A DNA stretch of 58,922 nt, filler included. It is 5 parts of 5 records of this genome, joined end to end, with 100 filler letters (N's around TTAATTAATTAA, not from the genome) between each part and the next. Parts side by side here need not be neighbours in the genome. Positions count along the whole stretch, not along the records: positions 22,055 to 27,849 come from SRR31147125_59424; positions 27,950 to 51,382 come from SRR31147125_59502; 3 more parts are not named here. One strand, written 5' to 3'. Positions 22,056 to 30,069 of the stretch are shown piece after piece. The position numbers were made by a program, and so were the translations under genes. A model generated the notes under the pieces. It ran no database searches. It saw only the letters and a program-made list of their open reading frames with translations, and was not told the DNA's origin. The first letter of the stretch is position 1; every line of letters starts with the position of its first letter.

Positions 22056-22442
22056 ACTGATAAACCTAGAAAACAGGCTGCTTTTGCTCAGTACAAATAT
22101 CCGGAAGCAAGATTTAGATACGCAGCAATAGCTGATTTCCTAGGCTTAGGTGGAAATGATGTTGAAGAAAAAATAGAACTTCTAATTAAAAAGATTGATG
22201 AATTAAAAGTAGAGATTAACATCCCATTAAGCATAAAAGATTACGGTGTAAAAGAGTCAGATTTCTTAGCTACTTTAGATAATATGACAGAGGAAGCTTT
22301 TGATGACCAGTGTACGGGAGCAAATCCAAGATATCCGTTAATGTCAGAGTTAAAAGAGCTTTATTTAAGAGCTTACTACGGAGCGGAAGAGTATGAAGAG
22401 AAAATGATAGAGAAATCTTCAATTGAAGAGGATGCCGAATAA
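22056..22442 (+). CDS. adhE: Bifunctional acetaldehyde-CoA/alcohol dehydrogenase, 3' end (not in the ORF track)
   Basis: Manual translation: KPRKQAAFAQYKYP...AFDDQCTGANPRYPLMSELKELYLRAYYG...*. Confidence 0.88.
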   Translation, partial: TDKPRKQAAFAQYKYPEARFRYAAIADFLGLGGNDVEEKIELLIKKIDELKVEINIPLSIKDYGVKESDFLATLDNMTEEAFDDQCTGANPRYPLMSELKELYLRAYYGAEEYEEKMIEKSSIEEDAE

Positions 22443-22456
22443 TTAATTGATTTTAT

Positions 22457-22484
22457 AGAACTCCTTATTTTAAGGAGTTCTTTT
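22457..22484 (+). terminator. Rho-independent terminator after adhE
   Basis: AGAACTCCTTA-TTT-TAAGGAGTTCT followed by T's. Confidence 0.85.
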
Positions 22485-22596
22485 GTTTAGTTTTAGTGTT
22501 TTTTGCTTTGGATATTGGATAATATGATATAATAGGAGAGAAATTTTACTATTTAGAATAAATTAAGAAACTATTAGTTTATTTGGAGGTTCTTAA

Positions 22597-25500
22597 ATGA
22601 AGAGAAACTTATTATACATATTACTATTATTGAATATTATATTAAATGTAGAACGAAAAACATTTGCATTTAATCAAAAAATATTCCAAGAAAAATATAT
22701 ATCAACAAAATGGGATTTTACTAACGGACTTCCAGTAAATAATGCTCTTGATATTGTACAAGGGGAAGATGGATACATATGGATTGGCACTTACGATGGT
22801 TTACTTAGGTATGATGGAAAAGAATTTAAAACTTATAACAAATATACAAATGAAAATATAAACTGTATCTCTGCAATAGAGCTATTCAGCGATAGTAAAA
22901 AAAGAGTATGGATAGGAACTAATGAGAGTGGAGTAACGATATTAAATAAAGAAGGTTATTCATCTTTATCAATGGAAGATGGAATTAGCTCAAATATAGT
23001 TAATAATATCGTAGAAGATTCAGGTGGTAAAATATGGTTGGGGACTTCAAATGGAATAGATTGTTTAACTTTTAATGAAAAATACAATACTTGGAAGATA
23101 GATAATATTGTAAAAGATGCATATGTAGAACATCTAGAAGCTTTAGAAAATGGGAAAGTAACAGCACTTATTAATACTGGTGAAATTTTGATTTTTAATG
23201 GTTTTAAACAAGAAAAACTAGACTTGCCCCAAGACTTAATATCTTTTAAATTTCATTCGATTTTACAGGACTCAGAATCAAATTTATGGTTAGGAACAAA
23301 TAGTGGAGAAATATTTAAAATTTTACCTAACATGACTTTCTTAGAGTATAAGTTAGAAAATATAACTTATGTTTCTAATTTACAAGAGGTAGACAGTTTT
23401 GAAGGAGAAAAAAGAGTAGTATTCTCATCTGATGATGGTTTTGGGATGTTTGATGAGGGAAAAAATAAATTTATAGTTTTCAAAGAAGAGGATGGAATTA
23501 TTAATAACTCTATCGAGAAAGTTCTTGTGGATAAAGAGGAAAACCTATGGTTAGTCTCCAAGAGAGTGGGAGTGCAAAAGTTTACTAAAAATATATTTAG
23601 CAGATTTAGTAGTGATATGGGACTTGTTGATAATATTGTTAATGTAATAGAGCAAGATTCTGCTGGCAATTACTGGATAGGAACAAACAAAGGTTTATCA
23701 ATTTTAGACTCTGGAGAGTTTATAAATAACAAATATGTAGATTACTTTTCCAGTATAAGGATAAGGCATATACTTAGAGATAGTAAAGAAAGAATTTGGT
23801 TAGGAACATATAGCCAGCTAGGGCTTGTTAAAATAAGCAATGGGAAGATTACGTCAATCAATTCTGACGCAGGTTTAACATATAATAAGGTAAGGGTAAC
23901 CTTTGAAGATAGTAAAGGAAGAATCTGGATAGGAACAACAAGTGGTTTAAATCTCATTGAAAATCCTGATGAAGAAAAGCTATCTATATTTAATGAGTTT
24001 ATGAATTTACCAAAACAATATTTTATGTGTATCGCCGAGGATAAAGATGGAAATATTTGGCTTGGTTCTGACGGAAATGGAGTATATGTTTTAGATAAAG
24101 ATAAAAAAGTTAAACAAATTCTTAAGAAAGATGGTTTAGCTGGTAATGTGATTTTTAAAATTTTATGTGATGATGATGGAAATATCTGGATAACAACAAA
24201 TGAAGGGATAACTCTATTTAAAGATGGAAGATATCATAATTTTAGAAAAAATAGCGGTATTTATAGTGATGTAAACTATCAGATGCTATTATCAAAAGAT
24301 AAATTTTGGCTAACTAACTCAAAAGGAGTTTATTCTGTAAAAAAATCAGAATTTATTAAAAATTTTAACTCAAATGAACACAAAATAGATCTAGAGTTTT
24401 ATAATATGGAGTCTGGATATCCTGGAAGTTCAACATCAACTTCTTGGGGATTAATAGATAGCGAAGCTAAACTTTGGTTTCCAACATTAAAGGGAGTAGC
24501 TTCCTTAGATGAAGCAGATATTAAAATAAAAGATGGAGCTGTTAAGGTTGTAATTGATTATATTGATTTAGATGGTAAAAAATATAAACCCTATGAACTA
24601 AAGGTGATTCCTCCAGATATTAAAAGAATTAAGATAAAATACAATGCTTTGAGTTATAGATTTCCAGGTAAAATCAAATTTAAATATTATTTAGAGGGCT
24701 TTGAGACTAGATGGTCAGATGAAACATTTGAAAGAGAAGCGACTTACACAAATCTTCCAGCGGGAAAATTAAAATTTAATGTAATAGCATCAAATGATAG
24801 TGGAATATTTAATAAAGAAGCAGTATCATTTACTTTTCATAAAAAACCGTTTTTTTATAAGAGAAACTCTTTTTTAGCTTTACTAATCCTCTTATTACTG
24901 TTGATTTTCAACTATATTAAAAATATTAGATTAAAAAATGTAAAAAATCAGAAGGCTTTATTAGAAAAAGAAGTGAAGGAGAGAACAAAAGATTTAAACG
25001 CAATGGCCTTAAGTCACCAAAGAAAAAACCTTGAACTTACAGAAAGTATAGAGTATGCAGAAAAAATCCAGAAAGGTATTTTAACTGATGTAAATTTAAT
25101 TAAAGAAAATTTTGAAGATTTGTTTTTAATTTATATTCCAAGAGATATGGTGTCTGGAGATTTTTACTGGTATACGAAAAGAGAAAATAATATCTATATT
25201 GCTGTAGCTGATTGCACAGGTCACGGAGTACCAGGAGCACTGCTTATGTCAATGTGTCACATGCTACTAGATAGAAATGTGTCTCAATTTAATTTTTTTG
25301 GTTTAGCGAAAACTTTAGAAAAGATAAACAGTGAGTTAAAAATTATACTTGGAAGGAATAGCTCTGAATGGAGTGGGAATATTAAACCTGGTAATGGAAT
25401 GGATTTGAGTATTTGTAAGATAAATAAAACAACAGATACACTTGAATTTGTGGGAGCACGAAATTCACTATGCTGTTTTTATAAAAACGGAGAATTTATT

Positions 25501-25806
25501 AAAATTAAAGGAACAAGAAAATCTATTGGGTATAGTTTAGGTAGAAGAAGAAAAGAGAGAGAGTTTGAAGAACATATTATAAAGCTAAGTGATTTAGATT
25601 CAATGTACATGTTTTCTGATGGTTATACAGACCAATTAAACCAAGAAAATATTCGTATAGGTTCAGAGGGAATTGAGAAGATTTTGTTAGAGTTGCAGAA
25701 TAACAGTATGGAGAAACAAAAAGAAATTTTATTGGAAAAATTCATAGATCATAAAGGTGAGGAAAAACAAACAGATGACATAACTATGATGGGGATAAAG
25801 TTTTAA
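22597..25806 (+). CDS. Membrane sensor phosphatase: two-component-regulator propeller repeats + Y_Y_Y + TM + SpoIIE/PP2C
   Basis: Many 'D..G.IWIGT..G' repeats; 'FKYYLEG...W......ATYTNLPAG'; TM helix; VSGDFYW, ADCTGHGVPGA, GMD, FSDG, QTDDIT. Confidence 0.9.
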   Translation: MKRNLLYILLLLNIILNVERKTFAFNQKIFQEKYISTKWDFTNGLPVNNALDIVQGEDGYIWIGTYDGLLRYDGKEFKTYNKYTNENINCISAIELFSDSKKRVWIGTNESGVTILNKEGYSSLSMEDGISSNIVNNIVEDSGGKIWLGTSNGIDCLTFNEKYNTWKIDNIVKDAYVEHLEALENGKVTALINTGEILIFNGFKQEKLDLPQDLISFKFHSILQDSESNLWLGTNSGEIFKILPNMTFLEYKLENITYVSNLQEVDSFEGEKRVVFSSDDGFGMFDEGKNKFIVFKEEDGIINNSIEKVLVDKEENLWLVSKRVGVQKFTKNIFSRFSSDMGLVDNIVNVIEQDSAGNYWIGTNKGLSILDSGEFINNKYVDYFSSIRIRHILRDSKERIWLGTYSQLGLVKISNGKITSINSDAGLTYNKVRVTFEDSKGRIWIGTTSGLNLIENPDEEKLSIFNEFMNLPKQYFMCIAEDKDGNIWLGSDGNGVYVLDKDKKVKQILKKDGLAGNVIFKILCDDDGNIWITTNEGITLFKDGRYHNFRKNSGIYSDVNYQMLLSKDKFWLTNSKGVYSVKKSEFIKNFNSNEHKIDLEFYNMESGYPGSSTSTSWGLIDSEAKLWFPTLKGVASLDEADIKIKDGAVKVVIDYIDLDGKKYKPYELKVIPPDIKRIKIKYNALSYRFPGKIKFKYYLEGFETRWSDETFEREATYTNLPAGKLKFNVIASNDSGIFNKEAVSFTFHKKPFFYKRNSFLALLILLLLLIFNYIKNIRLKNVKNQKALLEKEVKERTKDLNAMALSHQRKNLELTESIEYAEKIQKGILTDVNLIKENFEDLFLIYIPRDMVSGDFYWYTKRENNIYIAVADCTGHGVPGALLMSMCHMLLDRNVSQFNFFGLAKTLEKINSELKIILGRNSSEWSGNIKPGNGMDLSICKINKTTDTLEFVGARNSLCCFYKNGEFIKIKGTRKSIGYSLGRRRKEREFEEHIIKLSDLDSMYMFSDGYTDQLNQENIRIGSEGIEKILLELQNNSMEKQKEILLEKFIDHKGEEKQTDDITMMGIKF

Positions 25807-25823
25807 AAAAATAAAAGAGGTGA

Positions 25824-26201
25824 GTGAAAATGTTTTTTATTGGAATATTTGGAGTAAGCGGTTTTAATAAAAAGTTAGCAGATGTAAAGTTTAAATGTCC
25901 GGGATGCACTCATGAAAAAGCTGAAGTCGTTGAAACTGCCAAAACTTTTTCATTCTTTTTTATACCTTTATATTTATGGAAGAAAAGCTTTTATGTTAGT
26001 TGTGATAACTGTAAAAGTATTTATAAGCTGAAAAAAGAGAATATTAAAAGAATTGTAGCTAAAAAAGAAGTTGAATATGAGGATATTGAATCAATAATTT
26101 TAGAAAATAAGTCATGTGACTTTTGTGGTTATAGATTAGAACAGACTTACAAATACTGTCCCAATTGCGGAACAAAAGTAGGAGATACAACAAGAACTTA
26201 A
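25824..26201 (+). CDS. Zinc-ribbon domain protein
   Basis: CPGC...FSFFFIPL...CDNC and C-terminal CDFCG...CPNCG. Confidence 0.82.
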   Translation: MKMFFIGIFGVSGFNKKLADVKFKCPGCTHEKAEVVETAKTFSFFFIPLYLWKKSFYVSCDNCKSIYKLKKENIKRIVAKKEVEYEDIESIILENKSCDFCGYRLEQTYKYCPNCGTKVGDTTRT

Positions 26202-26231
26202 GTGTAAAAACTTAAGTTCTTGTTGTTTTTT
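26187..26231 (+). terminator. Rho-independent terminator overlapping the stop codon
   Basis: 17-bp perfect stem ACAACAAGAACTTAAGT/ACTTAAGTTCTTGTTGT followed by a T-run. Confidence 0.85.
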
Positions 26232-26478
26232 GAACACAGGTGTGTATAAAATTCGAATTATAAAAATGAAAAAATACTTGATATTGTCGTTATAATATAC
26301 TTAATTTAATGACAAAACTATGCTGTATTAATCTGAATTTAACTATGTAAAAAAACTAAAAAAAATGTAAAAAAATGTTTAAGAAAAATGAAGCTAGAGT
26401 ATGAAAATCAATTTGAAAATAGGGGATTATTATGTTATAATTTTGATAATGTGTAAAAAAATGTGGAGGATAAATAAT

Positions 26479-27840
26479 ATGGAATTAGTTTCAATTGTAC
26501 TAGCAGCAGGAAAAGGAACTAGAATGAAATCTAAGCTTCCTAAAGTACTACATAAAGTTAATGGACAAGCGATGATTTGCAAGATTGTTAATGTACTAAA
26601 AAGTGCAGGTGTGGAAGAAAATATTCTAATTCTAGGACATAAAAAAGAACTTGTATTAGAAACTTTTAAAAAGACTGAAACGGTAATAGATTATGTAACT
26701 CAAGAGGAGCAATTAGGAACAGGTCATGCTGTAATGGCAGCAGAGGAAAAATTAAAAAAGCATGAAGGTTTAGTTTTAATTACTTACGGAGATACACCGT
26801 TGCTTACAAAAGAAACTATAGCTGAATTAGTTGAGAAGCATAAAAAAGATAAGTCAGCAGCAACTATTTTAACAGCTGTTTATGAAAACCCATTTGGATA
26901 CGGTAGAATTGTTAAACAGGGAGAACTGGTTAAAGCAATTGTTGAAGAGAAAGAAGCAGATGAAGCAACAAAAGCTATAAAAGAAGTAAATGCAGGTGTG
27001 TACTGTTTTGATAATCAAAAACTATTTAATGCACTTCAAAAGATAGATAACAATAACGAAAAAGGTGAATATTACCTTACTGATGTTATAAAAATAATGG
27101 TGGAAGCAAATGAAAAAGTTGAGGCTTTTATAGTAAAGGACAATGATGAAATATTAGGAGTAAACTCTAAACTTCAGTTGGCTCAAGCTGACAAAATTTT
27201 GAGAATGAGAAAAAACTATGAGCTGATGAGTGAAGGTGTAATTATGCCAGATCCGGAAACAGTTTATATACAAGAAAACGTAAAAATTGGTCAAGATACT
27301 ATTATTTATCCAAATGTAATTATTGAAGGGGATACAGTTATTGGAGAGGAAACAGAAATTCTTCAAAATTCAAGAATAGAAAATAGTAAAATTGGAAATA
27401 ACGTAAGAATAGAAGCCTCTGTTGTAGAGCAAAGCATAGTAGAGGATAAAGTAACTATTGGGCCTTTTGCTCACCTTAGACCAAAAGCTCATTTGAAAGA
27501 AAAAGTACATATCGGAAATTTTGTGGAAGTAAAAAAAGCAACTCTTGAATCAGGAGTAAAGGCTGGCCACTTAACATATATTGGAGACGCAGAAGTTGGT
27601 GAAAATACTAACTTTGGTTGCGGGACTATTACTTGTAACTATGATGGTAAAAATAAACACAAGACGATTATTGGAAAAAATGTGTTTATAGGAAGCGACA
27701 CTAAATTTGTTGCCCCTGTGGAAATTGGAGATGATTCAATAACAGCGGCAGGTTCAGTTATCACCAAAAATATTCCAGATAGAGCTCTAGGCGTAGCCAG
27801 AGCAAGACAAGAAAATAAGAGGGAGTGGAAGAAAAAATAA
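26479..27840 (+). CDS. glmU: Bifunctional UDP-GlcNAc pyrophosphorylase/glucosamine-1-phosphate N-acetyltransferase
   Basis: [34 protein letters not shown], hexapeptide repeats, GNFVEVK, CNYDG; GGAGG RBS supports the start at 26479. Confidence 0.96.
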   Translation: MELVSIVLAAGKGTRMKSKLPKVLHKVNGQAMICKIVNVLKSAGVEENILILGHKKELVLETFKKTETVIDYVTQEEQLGTGHAVMAAEEKLKKHEGLVLITYGDTPLLTKETIAELVEKHKKDKSAATILTAVYENPFGYGRIVKQGELVKAIVEEKEADEATKAIKEVNAGVYCFDNQKLFNALQKIDNNNEKGEYYLTDVIKIMVEANEKVEAFIVKDNDEILGVNSKLQLAQADKILRMRKNYELMSEGVIMPDPETVYIQENVKIGQDTIIYPNVIIEGDTVIGEETEILQNSRIENSKIGNNVRIEASVVEQSIVEDKVTIGPFAHLRPKAHLKEKVHIGNFVEVKKATLESGVKAGHLTYIGDAEVGENTNFGCGTITCNYDGKNKHKTIIGKNVFIGSDTKFVAPVEIGDDSITAAGSVITKNIPDRALGVARARQENKREWKKK

Positions 27841-27849
27841 TGAAGAACG

Positions 27850-27949
27850 NNNNNNNNNNNNNNNNNNNNNNNNNNNNNNNNNNNNNNNNNNNNTTAATTA
27901 ATTAANNNNNNNNNNNNNNNNNNNNNNNNNNNNNNNNNNNNNNNNNNNN
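27850..27949. other. Artificial contig spacer
   Basis: N-run with TTAATTAATTAA. Confidence 0.98.
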
Positions 27950-27999
27950 GGGAGATTGTGCGTTTTTTCATGTTAATCCTTTGAATTATTCCTGCATAT

Positions 28000-28027
28000 G
28001 TACGGGATGGTCGCGACCATCCTTTAC
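28000..28027. repeat. REP-like palindrome
   Basis: GTA-C-G-GGATGGTCGCGACCATCC-TT-TAC: 18-bp perfect palindrome framed by GTA/TAC, intergenic. Confidence 0.6.
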
Positions 28028-28039
28028 ATTACTAATAAA

Positions 28040-29326
28040 TTATTTTATGAATTTCATTATATCTTCTAACGTTACCGCTTCTTCTATATCATCCAATTCC
28101 ACAACTACCATAAAACCTTCCTGTTTTCCGCAAGATCTCAGCGCATCGACCATCTTTTGCTGATCGCTTTCGATAAGACGGCCGTTTTTGGACCACTTTT
28201 CGTAATGTGTTAAGCAACCGAGAGAAGGAGTCAAGGGATAATAAGGCTCATTTCTATACAGCTCGGGAAGAATGGTTGAACCATGCATAATGATCTCGCT
28301 GCGACCGGCTTTACCGGCATACCACGCTTCATGGAAGTGGATGTAATCCTTCCAGGATGGCGGAAGCAAGTCAAGATAATCGCTCATTTTCCATTCTAAA
28401 GTATCCTCATTGTGAAAATACTCGGATTTAGAATATTCCAAGGGGAGTCCTGTGATGATGGTAGGAGTAGATCCAATAAATACATTAGCTGAAGATTCGA
28501 TACCAAGTAAAGTATAAATACCCTGAGGTGTATTTCCATTGGTAATTGTTCCATACAAATTTGACATTGAACGTCCCAGGATCCTCGTATGAATTATTTC
28601 ATCATCATGCTTGATCCATTCACCATTTTCGTCCCTGATCAAGGCGATTCCAGGATGATCGCGATTTTCTCTGAAGACAGCAAAAATGACGGGATATTCT
28701 CCGAGATCAATATCAAATAGTTCCTGATAATCAGGTTCTTGTACCTGTTTGTAAACATGCTTGATCCATGGTTTAAAAATGGGATCATTCATGTAATAGT
28801 CGTACTCTTCTTGAGTATTAATATTATTGCTCACATAATTGTGAATGAAGAATAATGAAGAGTCACTACCATCCGAATGATAAAGATATTGGCAAGCCAT
28901 AGCAGTCAATTTGTAATTCTCCGCCATGGGTCGTGAAAGCAGGAAATCTTCTGCTTCCTTGATGAATTCCGTCGGATAAAGCGCATTGACGGTCTCCCAG
29001 AATGAGCGCTGCGTTGAAATATCATATTCATCAATATTTACGTATATCTTTTTTAACCTGGAGATCATTTCTTCCGATCGATACTGAGATATTTCCATAG
29101 CCCAACAAGCCCCGCGGAATTTAGTTTCGTCAAGCGGGAGTTCGGTACCAGGAAGGATGAGTTCCTGTTCAAGGCTGGAATAATAGGACATATCCTTGAT
29201 TTCAGAAAATTTATCTGTGCAAGAAATCATAGCGATCAATAAAATACATATTAACGAAATCCGGTAGAGTCGCAGCACAGCTTTGTCTCGGCATGTAATT
29301 ATTCCTTTTTTCGGGAATCTACCCAT
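28040..29326 (-). CDS. Lipoprotein with a C-terminal L,D-transpeptidase (YkuD)-like catalytic domain
   Basis: Lipobox-like LLIAMISC; 'GNTPQGIY' and 'IIMHG-x19-SLGCL' resembling the YkuD His/Cys motif; start uncertain. Confidence 0.65.
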   Translation of the reverse strand: MGRFPKKGIITCRDKAVLRLYRISLICILLIAMISCTDKFSEIKDMSYYSSLEQELILPGTELPLDETKFRGACWAMEISQYRSEEMISRLKKIYVNIDEYDISTQRSFWETVNALYPTEFIKEAEDFLLSRPMAENYKLTAMACQYLYHSDGSDSSLFFIHNYVSNNINTQEEYDYYMNDPIFKPWIKHVYKQVQEPDYQELFDIDLGEYPVIFAVFRENRDHPGIALIRDENGEWIKHDDEIIHTRILGRSMSNLYGTITNGNTPQGIYTLLGIESSANVFIGSTPTIITGLPLEYSKSEYFHNEDTLEWKMSDYLDLLPPSWKDYIHFHEAWYAGKAGRSEIIMHGSTILPELYRNEPYYPLTPSLGCLTHYEKWSKNGRLIESDQQKMVDALRSCGKQEGFMVVVELDDIEEAVTLEDIMKFIK

Positions 29327-29965
29327 TACGCACCCATTTATATAAAGCCTTCGCGATCAACATATGTCCGTGTTCATAGGGATGTACGCCATCACCTGAC
29401 CAATAAGTGGCTTCAGTCTTTTGGAGCTTTTGCTGAAATATGCCGTGAATATCTAAAAGAGGGATATTTAGATCAGAACAAATACATTTAATTCGTTCAA
29501 TGTATTTCAATGTCATTCCTAAGAGGGGAGAAATTGAGTCGATAAGTTGATGGGTAGATGGGTTGATGTAGAAAGGTGTCATGCAGTAGATCTTCATGCC
29601 CTTATCGAGCGAAAGCTTCATCAGTTTTTCAAAAGTTGCTTCAAATTCATTCAAAACTTCATGATCGGGTCTTGCGGATTCAAGTTGCATGGCCGCATCG
29701 TTGATACCGATCATAACAAACAGATGATCGGGACCTTGATCGATCACATCATTATTCCAGCGTAATTCTAGTCCGCGCAGTGTATTGCCGCTTATACCTT
29801 TATTAATAAAAGAAAGCTTTATTTCCGGGAATTCGGCCAGAAACATATTCCTGAACATGTTCATATAACCACCGCCGAAAGGGGGAGGTGGTTTGTTCTG
29901 CCGCAATCTGTGATACTGTCGCCAATGAAAAGGATACTCTCACCGGACTTAAAATTCATACTCAT
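29319..29965 (-). CDS. SGNH/GDSL esterase, frameshifted at the G5 run 29881-29885
   Basis: Upstream frame gives MSMNFKSGESILFIGDSITDCGR (block I); one extra C joins it to PFGGGY...NKGISGN...GIND...DGVHP. Confidence 0.88.
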
Positions 29966-29995
29966 TAGGCCACCAAAAAATATATCACAAATATA

Positions 29996-30051
29996 TTGCA
30001 TTCATATTCCAAACACAATAAATTAGTTAGTAAGTTGTTAGAACAAACTAA
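29996..30051 (+). promoter_or_regulatory. sigma70 promoter plus 25-bp ROK/XylR-type operator heading the TonB-receptor operon
   Basis: TTGCAT (29996)-N17-TAAATT (30019); TTAGTAAGTTGTTAGAACAAACTAA (30027-30051) dyad resembling the Bacillus XylR operator; ROK gene lies in the same operon. Confidence 0.72.
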
Positions 30052-30069
30052 TTGTTTTTTGGATAGGTA

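Noticed and set aside
26401-26478. 26-aa N-terminal extension of GlmU (likewise 2517-2612 for the ferredoxin)
   Set aside because: RBS position and family start motifs support the downstream ATGs
27840-27971. Gene starts at contig edges (ATG at 27840 after glmU; minus-strand MKKRTIS from 27971; also MKNLTRIG from 58898)
   Set aside because: Too short to identify
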